From: Ignavibacteria bacterium
GTDB taxonomy: Bacteria > Bacteroidota > Ignavibacteria > Ignavibacteriales > Ignavibacteriaceae
Assembly: GCA_037447335.1 (NCBI GenBank)
Contig: JBBIGV010000011.1
Span: 8,191 to 72,190, forward strand
DNA: 64,000 bases
Direction: 5' to 3'
Shown here: positions 48,603-58,429 of the stretch, one piece after another
How the letters are laid out: each line of letters starts with the position of its first letter
How positions within the stretch are numbered: the stretch's first letter is position 1
The notes under the pieces: generated by a model
What the model saw: only the letters and a program-made list of their open reading frames with translations
The model's database searches: none
What the model was told of the DNA's origin: nothing
Position numbers and translations under genes: made by a program

Positions 48603-51600
48603 ATGAAAATAAGTCTGAGAATTTTACTTATAAATTTTGCAATTGTGGCTATAATAATCGGAAGCTCCGCTTTCGCTTTTTATTCTATAGTATATAATGT
48701 CCTTTCATCACAGCAATCAAAATATCTGCGAACATCAGTAAATGATTTTTCATATACATTCCGTCAGGCATTGTTAAACTCCGAAGACGAGTTCATCGGT
48801 GTGTATGAACGCAGTATAGCTTTGGGTAACGGGTTTGAGAATGTTCCGGGTAAAGATCTCGACTTTATTTTAGAATCAACCGGTCCGGAGAATCAAATAA
48901 CAAAAAAATGGGTGAAAGATTTTGTTTATCTAACAGATAAGTCATTTACCCTGAATGAATTCATTAAAGATAATCCGTTTATTTTAATCAGTTCTTTTGT
49001 GGATCAAAATAACGTAGCGTATCACTACGGCAGGCTTGTTACTGATGAATTTATGGACGAATTATCCAAGCGGGTAAATGCAGAGCTGGCTTTGATAGTA
49101 GATAATACTCCCATTACTCTCTCAAACGAATCTTCCAACCAGAGACATATTTTTAATCTATCTGAAGCATATAAATCTCTTAAAGGCAAAGGCAGCTATG
49201 AGATAATGTCAGAAGGTTCGGAGAACTCAAACATTTTAGCGGCGCTTATATCACCAACATCGCTTACCGGAGAAAGGTTTAACTTTGATTTCCTGGTATT
49301 CAGCTCACTTGATGAGGCGGATGCACTTAAAGAAAGCGTGAGAGACTTTCTATTAATAATTGGTTTTGCGGGTGTGTTTTTATCGTTAATTCTTTCATCT
49401 CTGTTTACAGAACCGCTGCGCAAACAGATTACCGCATTAAATAAAGCTACAGAGATTACCAAAGAGGGTAATTTTCATAATCGTATAGAGGTTAGAACAA
49501 AAGATGAGATAGGTCAGCTTGCAGCCGCATTTAACTCAATGCTTGTTGAACTCGAAAAGAATCAACGGGCAAAGAATGAATATTCGGAATTTATTACCCT
49601 GATTAACCAAAACCCCACGCTGAAAGAAATTTCAGATGCTTCGCTTAGAAAGATAATACGTACTTGCGGCTTTAACGTTGGCGCACTCTATACCGTTGAG
49701 GATGATACGGTTACTATCGCTTCATCCTACGGACTAAATGAAAACGAAAATAAAACCGGCAATCCAATGTTATTCGAGCCGGTACTGAAAAACAAGGAAA
49801 CAATTGAAATTACTTCCTCTGATAAACTGCCGGTTGTTTCCGCGGGGCTTGTTTCAATTGAATTGAAATATTTATTAATACTTCCGATTGTATATCACAA
49901 CAAAGTTATCGCAATACTTGAGCTTGGAGGTTTAACCCAGCCATCCGGGGAAGCGCGTGATTATCTTTCAAAGATCCAGGAGCAGCTTGCAATCGGTCTT
50001 ACAAATGCAACAGCTTTTGTAAAGATGGAAAACCTTGTTGCTGAACTTAAAGTTCTTAACGAAGAATACCAGAAACAGAACGTGCAGATTACACAGCAGA
50101 ATGAAACTCTTGTTGAACTTCACAATGAACTAAAAGAAAAAGCTGCTGAACTTGAAATCCAGAGAGACCGGGCTGAAGAATCAACAAAAGTTAAATCTCA
50201 ATTCCTCGCAAGCATGTCGCATGAGCTTCGCACCCCGATGAATTCTATTTTAGGATTAACCGAGCTTATCCTGGAAAAAGCGCAGCTTAAAGGAAAGAAC
50301 AGAGAACGTCTCGAAGTTGTGCTTAAAAGCGGCCGAAGACTCATGAATCTTATTAACGACATTCTTGATCTTTCTAAGATCGAAGCAGGTAAAATGGAAA
50401 TTAAGGAAGAAGATGTCATCCTGCAGGAATTAGTTGAAGAGGTAGAGACTTCCATTTCTCCGCTTGTAATGGGTAAAGATATTGAATTCCGGGTAACACG
50501 CGATATCAACACAAATGTTGTTATACACACAGATAAAGGCAGAGTTGTCCAGGTGCTGATAAATCTTCTCGGTAATGCAGTCAAGTTTACCGAGCGAGGT
50601 TTTGTTGAATTTAATATTGGTTCTGCAAATGAAAGACTTGTTTTCAAAGCAATTGATACCGGAATTGGTCTGTCTGAGGAAGATCGGAAGATTATCTTTG
50701 AAGAGTTCAGACAGGTTGATGCATCAACAACACGAAAATACAGCGGTACCGGGCTCGGGCTGGCAATCTCAAAAAGAATTGCTGATTTATTGAGCGGTTC
50801 GCTAACAGTTACAAGCGAGCCTGGCAAAGGTTCAACCTTCACTTTTACAGTTCCGTTGAAATTTGTCGAGATAAAAGATACCGAAGATGTTATTGAAGAA
50901 CATCCGAAAGTTAATATTGATATTCTCCGCAAAAACAGAAAGAACCCGATCCTTGTAATTGATGACGACCCCGAGATCAGGTATACTATAGGGCAATATC
51001 TTACTTCCAAAGGTTACGAGGTAGTATATGCTGAAGATGGTGAACAGGGAATGGAAAAAGCATTGATGGTTCAGCCTTTTGCAATTACGCTCGATGTAAT
51101 GCTTCCCAATAAAGATGGCTGGACGATACTGAAAGAACTAAAAGAACATCCGCAGACAAAGGATATCCCGGTAATTTTGCTTTCAATAATCGGCGATCAG
51201 AATCTTGGCTACGGTTTAGGGGCATTTGAATACTTTGTAAAACCCATTTCTGCTGATAAGCTGCTAACTGCATTTGATAGGCTCGAAAATCTCGCTAACA
51301 AGCGTCCGGAAAAAATTGTTATTGTTGATGATGATGAACTGGAATTCGAAAAGTTTAAAAGGGCTTTCAAAAATGAAAAAATAAGAATTGATTATATACA
51401 GGATAGCGAGCTTGCATACAGCAAAATACTGGAAATCCAGCCTGACCTTATCATTCTTGATCTGATGATGCCAAAAGTTGATGGGGTTACTCTTTCACAT
51501 AAGCTGAAGTCAAGCAAAGATACCAAGCATATTCCGGTTATTATTAGTACAGCAAAAGACTTGAGTGACGACGAGAAAAATTCTCTCTATAATATTGTGG

Positions 51601-52169
51601 AAGAAATAACCGTAAAGTCCAAGGGGCACCCTCTTGATGTACTTAAAGTAGTGCGTGACCGGATCAGAGAACATGAAGCTTATTCAATTTCCAAACATGT
51701 TCCCGAAATAGTTGAAGACGATATCGAAGAAGAAGATGAGGAACTCGAAATGCAAACAGAAATTACGTTACCTGATTTTAATTCAGATGATAATAATAAG
51801 AGTGTGGTTCTGATTGTTGATGATGATCCGGATACTCTCTTCACTTTAAATGAAATAGTGCAGGCATGTGATTGCCATACTCTCCTGGCAAAAAGCGGAA
51901 AGGAATGTTTGAATATGCTTCAGCATTGCTCACCCTCTCTCATTCTTCTTGATATAATGATGCCAGAAATGGATGGATTCCAGGTTCTTAATAAAATCAG
52001 GGAGAATTCTGTGTGGGCACAGATTCCTGTTTTTGCAGTAACGGCAAAAGCAATGTCTGGAGATAAACAGGTGATTTTAAAAGCCGGGTTTGACGATTAC
52101 ATTCCAAAGCCGGTAAACCCGGGTATAATTGCATTTAAAATTGAAAAAATCCTAACGAAAGCGATATAA
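48603..52169 (+). CDS. hybrid sensor histidine kinase with three receiver domains
   Basis: Two TM helices flank a sensor domain of about 230 aa. These are followed by HAMP, a GAF-like domain, the H-box SHELRTPMNSILG, G2 GTGLGLAISKRI and three REC domains (LDVMLPNKDG, LDLMMPKVDG, LDIMMPEMDG). Confidence 0.85.
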   Translation: MKISLRILLINFAIVAIIIGSSAFAFYSIVYNVLSSQQSKYLRTSVNDFSYTFRQALLNSEDEFIGVYERSIALGNGFENVPGKDLDFILESTGPENQITKKWVKDFVYLTDKSFTLNEFIKDNPFILISSFVDQNNVAYHYGRLVTDEFMDELSKRVNAELALIVDNTPITLSNESSNQRHIFNLSEAYKSLKGKGSYEIMSEGSENSNILAALISPTSLTGERFNFDFLVFSSLDEADALKESVRDFLLIIGFAGVFLSLILSSLFTEPLRKQITALNKATEITKEGNFHNRIEVRTKDEIGQLAAAFNSMLVELEKNQRAKNEYSEFITLINQNPTLKEISDASLRKIIRTCGFNVGALYTVEDDTVTIASSYGLNENENKTGNPMLFEPVLKNKETIEITSSDKLPVVSAGLVSIELKYLLILPIVYHNKVIAILELGGLTQPSGEARDYLSKIQEQLAIGLTNATAFVKMENLVAELKVLNEEYQKQNVQITQQNETLVELHNELKEKAAELEIQRDRAEESTKVKSQFLASMSHELRTPMNSILGLTELILEKAQLKGKNRERLEVVLKSGRRLMNLINDILDLSKIEAGKMEIKEEDVILQELVEEVETSISPLVMGKDIEFRVTRDINTNVVIHTDKGRVVQVLINLLGNAVKFTERGFVEFNIGSANERLVFKAIDTGIGLSEEDRKIIFEEFRQVDASTTRKYSGTGLGLAISKRIADLLSGSLTVTSEPGKGSTFTFTVPLKFVEIKDTEDVIEEHPKVNIDILRKNRKNPILVIDDDPEIRYTIGQYLTSKGYEVVYAEDGEQGMEKALMVQPFAITLDVMLPNKDGWTILKELKEHPQTKDIPVILLSIIGDQNLGYGLGAFEYFVKPISADKLLTAFDRLENLANKRPEKIVIVDDDELEFEKFKRAFKNEKIRIDYIQDSELAYSKILEIQPDLIILDLMMPKVDGVTLSHKLKSSKDTKHIPVIISTAKDLSDDEKNSLYNIVEEITVKSKGHPLDVLKVVRDRIREHEAYSISKHVPEIVEDDIEEEDEELEMQTEITLPDFNSDDNNKSVVLIVDDDPDTLFTLNEIVQACDCHTLLAKSGKECLNMLQHCSPSLILLDIMMPEMDGFQVLNKIRENSVWAQIPVFAVTAKAMSGDKQVILKAGFDDYIPKPVNPGIIAFKIEKILTKAI

Positions 52170-52174
52170 TTATT

Positions 52175-52843
52175 ATGAAAAAAATTCTTGTTATAGACGA
52201 TCTTCCCGAAAACGTTTTTCTTCTTCAGGACAGGCTGGAACATGAAGGATACGAGGTGATAACAGCTTATGAAGGCAAAACGGGTATAAACAAAGCTATT
52301 AACGAACAACCGGATTTGATCCTTTTAGATATAATGATGCCGGAAATTACAGGCATTGAAGTTTGTAAAACTTTGGTCAAACACCCGGCAACCGAGAACA
52401 TTCCAATAATTCTTGTTACCGCAAAATCAGGGGCGGAAGATACAAGAGAAGGACTGGAAGCCGGTGCATTCGATTATATTAAAAAGCCATTCCACCGGAT
52501 TGAATTGCTTGCGCGTGTTCAATCTGCGTTAAAACTTTCTGAGGCGCATAAAATGATTCTTGAAGCCGAGAAGCGAAGTACTTATGCCGCGACAATCGTA
52601 ACAACCAACCATACTATCAAGCAGCCGCTTACATTGCTAAGTCTTTCTTCTGCAGCAATAAAAAGAGAGTTGAACAAAGAAGAGATTTCCAAAGAAGCTT
52701 TGCTGAAGAGGCTTGCCTACATTGACACTGCCATTAAAGAAATTAATGATGTGCTTAACCAGCTTAATACGATTAAAAAGCCGGTGTTCGGGAACTATGT
52801 TAAAGATATTCAGATGATTGATGTTGGCAGTCAGGCAGAATAA
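52175..52843 (+). CDS. response regulator with a DHp-like C-terminal domain lacking an ATPase domain
   Basis: REC domain (LILLDIMMPEITG..KKPF) followed by a helical segment with the H-box-like motif TNHTIKQPLTLL. Confidence 0.7.
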   Translation: MKKILVIDDLPENVFLLQDRLEHEGYEVITAYEGKTGINKAINEQPDLILLDIMMPEITGIEVCKTLVKHPATENIPIILVTAKSGAEDTREGLEAGAFDYIKKPFHRIELLARVQSALKLSEAHKMILEAEKRSTYAATIVTTNHTIKQPLTLLSLSSAAIKRELNKEEISKEALLKRLAYIDTAIKEINDVLNQLNTIKKPVFGNYVKDIQMIDVGSQAE

Positions 52844-54829
52844 TCAGAGCAGATTTTTTATTTTTCTCAGCAGTGTATCGAACTCATAAGGTTTCGGCAG
52901 AACTGCTGTTATACCAATGGCTTCCAGGTCAAGCTTATCTGTAATTCCCAGGCTTCCGGATGAAAGTATAAGCGGAATGTTATACTCCAGCTCTCTTATT
53001 TTTTTGATACAGTCGATCCCGTTCATTTCCGGCATATTGTAATCTATTATTGCCAGGTCAACTTTAATTTCTTCAATAAGAACCTTCAGTGCTTCAACAC
53101 CCGTCCCAACCTTAATTACGTTGTATCCGTTAGATTCAAGCAGTTCGCCTAACAGATCTCTTAACATTATTTCATCATCAGCTAATAGAATAATTCTTTC
53201 CCCAACAATCTCTTTTTCGGCTGACATTGGTTCGTACGCCGGAAGGAAAACCGTAAAGGTGGTTCCTTCATCCGGTTTACTCGTTACTTCAATATGACCG
53301 TTGTGTGATTTTACAATGTTGTGAGTTACATACAAACCAAGGCCCGACCCCGAACCGGATGCCCTGTCCTTTGTAGAGAAGTACGGGGAAAATATATTCC
53401 TGAGATTTTCTTCTGCGATTCCTGAGCCTGTATCCTGAACGGAAATCGTTACATATGAGCCTTTGTTTAAATACGGGTAATTGATGATCAGCTTATCATC
53501 TATAACTAAATTTTTACCGGTTATTTTAAGTTTGCCTGAACCTTCCATTGCTTCTTTAGCGTTTACGCACAAGTTCAAGAGCACCTGATATATTTCGGTT
53601 CCATTACCGAGTATATCAAAAAGTTTTTCATTGGCTTCCAGTTCAAATTTCATCCGCGATGGAAATGTTTGTGAAATTACCTTTGATATTTCCATAAGAA
53701 GGTAATTTGGTTTAATCAGTTCCTCGCGTTTGGGTGTTGGTTTACCAAAGGTAAGCACTCCTTGAATCAGGTCTTTTGCTCTTACCGAACAGCTTTCGAT
53801 ATTTTCAAGTAGTCTTGGAATCGGATCTTCATTCGGAACTTTCTTTTTTAAAAGATTGAGGCTGCCGAAAATATTAGATAAAAGATTACTGAAATCATGT
53901 GCCATACCACTTGTAAGCTTACCAATTGTTTCGAGCTTCTGTGCCTGAAGCAGGCTGCTTTCAAGTGTGTTATTTATTTCCCTGATCCGAATATTTGTAA
54001 CTGCGAATGATAACAACGTTGTAAATAAGCTAATATCATCATATGCACCGACATTTTTTTCGTTATTTCTGCTGCTAAAAATTATTGCGGCAATCAGTTG
54101 ATCTTGATTTAAAGCAGGGGCAACAATCAGGGATTCACTTTTAAGCAGTGCTGATAATCCGAAACCAATATTTGTTTCCTCATTTGTTGTTAACAATATC
54201 CGCTTGTTAATTGTTAACCACTTATTTATGAAATTAAAATTCGAAATTATTTCTTTTTCAAAGGCAGGGAAAGATGGAATTAGCTTTTCCGCGTCCTCAA
54301 CAAAAATCCGGGTTCTGTTATCTGAATCATAAACAATGGCAATGCCAAATTTCATATTGAAGGTCCGAACACAGGCTGAGAGAATTTCAGGTACAACATT
54401 CTCAATTGAATTTTCATTAAGCAGAACTGAGAATATATGTGTCAGTTCTTTTTGTAAAGAAGGAATAACCTGATCCGCTTGAAACTTTGTATGAGATTGA
54501 TCTGTAACGGATGCCGTTTTTTCTGCTTTAATAAGAAAGGCATCTGTCTTATTATCCGATGTTAATGGAATTACACTGATCAGAAGTTGTTTGCTTTTAA
54601 TATTCAGCTTTATTTGATTAAATGATGGCGGTTTTGAGACTATATTGGTTTGTTCGGTTTCGAATAATGCTGCGGCATTTCTTCCTTTTATCCGCTTTTC
54701 ATCAATCAGCTTTTTGAAATTATCATTAAACCATAAAATCTTCAGCTCTTTATCGGCGATAGCAATAGCTGACCCCACTCCTTCAAGAATTTCTTTAAGA
54801 GCATATTTCGAAATAATTTTTTCCAGCAT
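52844..54829 (-). CDS. PAS/GAF sensor histidine kinase with a C-terminal receiver
   Basis: H-box GMAHDFSNLLSNIFG, N/G boxes (LNLCVNAKEA, GSGLGLYV) and a REC domain (AIIDYNMPEMNG). Confidence 0.85.
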   Translation of the reverse strand: MLEKIISKYALKEILEGVGSAIAIADKELKILWFNDNFKKLIDEKRIKGRNAAALFETEQTNIVSKPPSFNQIKLNIKSKQLLISVIPLTSDNKTDAFLIKAEKTASVTDQSHTKFQADQVIPSLQKELTHIFSVLLNENSIENVVPEILSACVRTFNMKFGIAIVYDSDNRTRIFVEDAEKLIPSFPAFEKEIISNFNFINKWLTINKRILLTTNEETNIGFGLSALLKSESLIVAPALNQDQLIAAIIFSSRNNEKNVGAYDDISLFTTLLSFAVTNIRIREINNTLESSLLQAQKLETIGKLTSGMAHDFSNLLSNIFGSLNLLKKKVPNEDPIPRLLENIESCSVRAKDLIQGVLTFGKPTPKREELIKPNYLLMEISKVISQTFPSRMKFELEANEKLFDILGNGTEIYQVLLNLCVNAKEAMEGSGKLKITGKNLVIDDKLIINYPYLNKGSYVTISVQDTGSGIAEENLRNIFSPYFSTKDRASGSGSGLGLYVTHNIVKSHNGHIEVTSKPDEGTTFTVFLPAYEPMSAEKEIVGERIILLADDEIMLRDLLGELLESNGYNVIKVGTGVEALKVLIEEIKVDLAIIDYNMPEMNGIDCIKKIRELEYNIPLILSSGSLGITDKLDLEAIGITAVLPKPYEFDTLLRKIKNLL

Positions 54830-54833
54830 TATT

Positions 54834-56204
54834 CTAAACTTGCTTTATGCTGTATTTCTTTATTTTAGTGTACAAAGTTTTGGGGCTTATACCAAGCTGA
54901 CTTGCAGTTAAGGTTCTATCCCATCGGTTACGCGTGAGAATTCTTTCAATGTGCCATTTCTCGACATCCTCCATGCTCACAAGTTCATCAATATTTACAT
55001 TTTTATCTGCATACACATGGTGTTTCGATTGCGCAATATTTATCGGAAGGTTAAGATCTTCCGGTTTTATACTATCATCTTCAGCAAAGATCAAAGCACG
55101 TTCAATAATGTGGTTCAATTCACGAATGTTGCCGGTAAAATTATAGCTCATTAATGCTTGTTCGGCTTCGGGAGTTAATCTTTTGGGGGACCTGATAGGT
55201 GATTTCGTCTCGAGAAAATGATTTGCCAGCAGCAGTATGTCTTCCCTTCTATCTCTTAACGGTGGTATTGTAAGAGTAATAACATTTAGCCTGAAAAGAA
55301 GATCCTTTCGGAAATTTTTCACATCGGCTTCTTCAAGCAGGTTTCTGTTAGTTGCACCGATAACCCTCACGTTTGATGTAAGATTAGTTATTCCACCAAT
55401 TCGTCTGTATTCACCATTCTCAAGAAATCTTAAAAGTTTGGGTTGAAGTGTAAGGCTAAGTTCACCTATCTCGTCCAGAAAGAGAGTTCCGCCATGAGCT
55501 ATCTCTACCAATCCCTGCTTGGTGGATTTAGCATCCGTGAATGCGCCTTTTTCATGCCCGAATAATTCACTTTCGATTAGCTGGTCCGGAAGCGAGGCGC
55601 AATTTATAACCACAAACGGCTTATCCTTCCTTGCAGAATGATTATGGATGTATTCAGCAAATAATTCTTTCCCTGTCCCGGTTTCACCTTCAATAAGCAC
55701 ATTCGAATCTGAAATAGCAGATTTATTAGCAAGGTTTATTATACGTTGAATTGCAGGGCTGTTGCCAACTATTCTGTGAGGGTGCTTTTTATTTACCTGG
55801 CTGGCAAGAATTGTGGTTTTTACCAATAATTCTTTATGCTCCAGCGCTCTATTAATTATCAATAAGAGCGTTTCAAAATCATAGGGCTTTGTAATAAAGT
55901 CATATGCTCCAAGCTTAATACAATCAATTGCTTTTCGCATTTCTGATTGAATTGATAATATTACAATCTGTATGGAAGAATTATATTCAGAAACAAATTT
56001 GAGAACTTCTTCACCCTGAACTTCTTTCATGCCAAGGTCGAGAAGTACAAGATCATAATTCTTTCTCTTAATGGCATCAATTGCATCTGCGCCGTCATAA
56101 ACGGTATCAACGGAAGTGAAGCCTTCTCCGAGTAATTGCTCTTTTAAAAGGTAACATAGAGTTTCTTCATCGTCACAAACCAGAATTTTAGAATTTTTAG
56201 CCAT
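54834..56204 (-). CDS. sigma54-dependent (NtrC/PilR-type) response regulator
   Basis: REC domain, an AAA+ domain with Walker A GETGTGKE and the GAFTDA sigma54-contact loop, and a C-terminal Fis-type HTH. Confidence 0.9.
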   Translation of the reverse strand: MAKNSKILVCDDEETLCYLLKEQLLGEGFTSVDTVYDGADAIDAIKRKNYDLVLLDLGMKEVQGEEVLKFVSEYNSSIQIVILSIQSEMRKAIDCIKLGAYDFITKPYDFETLLLIINRALEHKELLVKTTILASQVNKKHPHRIVGNSPAIQRIINLANKSAISDSNVLIEGETGTGKELFAEYIHNHSARKDKPFVVINCASLPDQLIESELFGHEKGAFTDAKSTKQGLVEIAHGGTLFLDEIGELSLTLQPKLLRFLENGEYRRIGGITNLTSNVRVIGATNRNLLEEADVKNFRKDLLFRLNVITLTIPPLRDRREDILLLANHFLETKSPIRSPKRLTPEAEQALMSYNFTGNIRELNHIIERALIFAEDDSIKPEDLNLPINIAQSKHHVYADKNVNIDELVSMEDVEKWHIERILTRNRWDRTLTASQLGISPKTLYTKIKKYSIKQV

Positions 56205-56297
56205 ATCCCTCTCGGAAATTTATGTTCGTTTTAAGCAAATTAACTTATGTTTGGAATAAAAAATCTAATACTATATATTTCAAGTTCTAAAAAATCA

Positions 56298-56369
56298 GGG
56301 CGCGTAGCTCAGGGGTAGAGCATCTGCCTTTTAAGCAGAGGGTCGGTGGTTCGAGCCCACCCGCGCTCA
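56298..56369 (+). tRNA. tRNA-Lys (anticodon UUU)
   Basis: Hand-folded cloverleaf:
- Acceptor GGGCGCG/CGCGCTC.
- D arm GCTC..GAGC.
- Anticodon stem TCTGC/GCAGA with loop CTTTTAA.
- T arm GGTGG-TTCGAGC-CCACC.
No encoded CCA. Confidence 0.9.
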
Positions 56370-56724
56370 CTAAAACCCGGTTTTACCCGGTTTTTTTTTA
56401 TTTAGTTTTCATCTTTTATTACTTGAGCCGCTATATAGTCAAATCCTTACTGATCCCTGAGTGCGTGCAGAAAAAAATTACTTGTGGTTCAAATCAGTAT
56501 GAGTTTAAATAAAATGCTTGAATTTATCCGTTTCAATATAAACACAATCTGCATATAACAGCAAGCAAGACGACAATCCTTTAATATATCCGAATAACCA
56601 CTGTAAATTTACGAAATCTTAACGCAATAATAACAGCTTTCGATAAGCATTCAAGATTGTATTTAAATTTTAAGAATACATCTATATATTGTTTACACAA
56701 TAATATTCAGTAAATGCGTTTATT

Positions 56725-57066
56725 ATGGGCGAAATTGTTTTATGGACGATAATCCGTACCGTCATTTTAATACCACTGCTCTGGCTGGCACAGCCGTACA
56801 TTGATATGAAGTTTTGGTGGCTTGTTGCTGCTATGGCTGTCTACGGATTTGTTATTCACCCTGCTATTGTACGATACAGAGTGTTTGAAGAAAAAAATCA
56901 AGATATAATTGAATCAACACTTTGCTCTACCTGTAAGCATTTCGATAAATCGGCTGTTCTTTGTATGAAATATGACAAACATCCTACAAAAGATTTTTTG
57001 CCATGTGAAGGACTTGATTGGGAGCCGAATCTGGATTCAGGTATGAATGCAGAAAAAACTTTATAG
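56725..57066 (+). CDS. small membrane protein with a Cys-rich C-terminal segment
   Basis: Two TM helices, then CSTCKHFD..C..C. Confidence 0.4.
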   Translation: MGEIVLWTIIRTVILIPLLWLAQPYIDMKFWWLVAAMAVYGFVIHPAIVRYRVFEEKNQDIIESTLCSTCKHFDKSAVLCMKYDKHPTKDFLPCEGLDWEPNLDSGMNAEKTL

Positions 57067-57186
57067 TAATTATTCGGACCAACTCCGCTCTCAGTGATCC
57101 GATGTCCCATTTAATCCAACCTGTGTCACTATTGAATCAGTCAACCAAATGATGTTCAATAAATAACTTTAAATAGGAGGAGAATC

Positions 57187-58407
57187 ATGAAAAAGGGATT
57201 TTGTTCGGTCTCGATAGGGATTGTGTTAATACTTTTAATGAACTGTTCAGTCTACACTCAAAGCTGGACAATTCAGAACAGCAACACAACTCAACAACTA
57301 AAAGGTATTCATATGGTTAATGAACTTGTCGGTTGGATTTGTGGTGATGGCGGCGCTTTGCTACATACTACAACCGGGGGTCAGACCTGGACACCTGTTC
57401 CGATTATTGCTGCTGATCTTCATAGTGTGGTTTTCAAAGATCAGAATACCGGAATTGTTGTTGGTGATAACGGTATAATCTTAAGAACTACTAACGCCGG
57501 AACTAATTGGAATCAGGTTAACAGCACAACTTCATCTCAATTAAGGGCTGCTGCAGTGAGCAACGCGGGGATATTCTAGGCAGCAGGCAGAGATGGTGCC
57601 ATAGTGAAATCAACAGATGATGGCGCTACCTGGACATCTCAAAACAGCGGAACAACCGCTCGCTTCAGAGGAATTGCAGCAAGGGGTACCAGCTTTGCCT
57701 GGGCAGTTGGCGAAGATGGAATGATCAAACATACTGCAGCCAGTGGCGCTTCATGGTTTAACCAGACAAGCGGAACACCGGACGATCTTCATGATATTCA
57801 ATTTCTGTCAGATTCTGAAGGCTTTTCCGGCGGCAGCGGATCTAAAATTATCTATACTAATAATGCTGGTAGTGTCTGGTCTGACAGATCAACCGGGATT
57901 ATTACGGGTATAAACGGAATTTTCTTCCTTAATACTAATTCAGGATATGCAGTCAGTGATAATGGTCTGATATACGTAACTAACAATGGCGGCGTGAATT
58001 GGTTAACCCAACCAAGTAATACAACACAAACTTTAAATGAAATCTTTTTTGTCAGTGAAAATAAAGGCTGGGCTGTTGGTGATTTTGGAACCATTGTTCA
58101 CTTCAGTGCATCTGCTACCAGCATTGATAATCAGTTATTATTGAATTAGTTTTCACTTGAACAAAATTTCCCTAATCCATTTAATCCGGTTACCGCTATC
58201 AGTTTTTACATTCCTGAAAATTATTTTGTTACTCTGAAAGTGTATAATGTAGTTGGCAGAGAAGTAGCTCTGTTGATAAACGATAATCTCCCCTCCGGCA
58301 GGTACAGTTATAATTTTAGTGCAGATAATTTAGCATCAGGAATTTACTTTTATGAGCTTTCTGCGGGTAACTTCAGACAGGTAAAAAAAATGATACTAAC
58401 TAAATAA
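57187..58407 (+). pseudogene. BNR/Asp-box beta-propeller (Ycf48-like) T9SS cargo with two in-frame TAG codons
   Basis: Three same-frame segments are split by TAG at 57577..57579 and 58147..58149. There are six SxDxGxTW-like repeats, and the terminal segment is a T9SS CTD (LEQNFPNPFNP..GIYFYELSAG). Confidence 0.8.
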
Positions 58408-58429
58408 ACAAAAAACAGAGAGGTTATAG

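Noticed and set aside
50198-51010. 270-aa ORF on the minus strand inside the hybrid kinase gene. Similar antisense ORFs occur within carB, aspS, the pilB and pilM homologues and others.
   Set aside because: It is Ser/Ile/Leu-rich with no recognisable motifs. It is fully nested antisense to a strongly supported gene. This is the typical shadow ORF of AT-rich coding sequence.
56370-56400. A terminator hairpin right after tRNA-Lys (AACCCGGTTTTACCCGGTTTTTTTTT).
   Set aside because: The two ACCCGG units are direct rather than inverted repeats. Only a 4-bp CCGG/CCGG stem can form, so a T-run alone is not convincing.
57577-58149. In-frame TAG and TGA codons as evidence of stop-codon reassignment or an alternative genetic code.
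   Set aside because: - aspS, the pilB homologue and 61812..62933 end with TAG at their expected C-termini.
- TGA and TAA also terminate intact genes.
- All three stop types occur as lesions.
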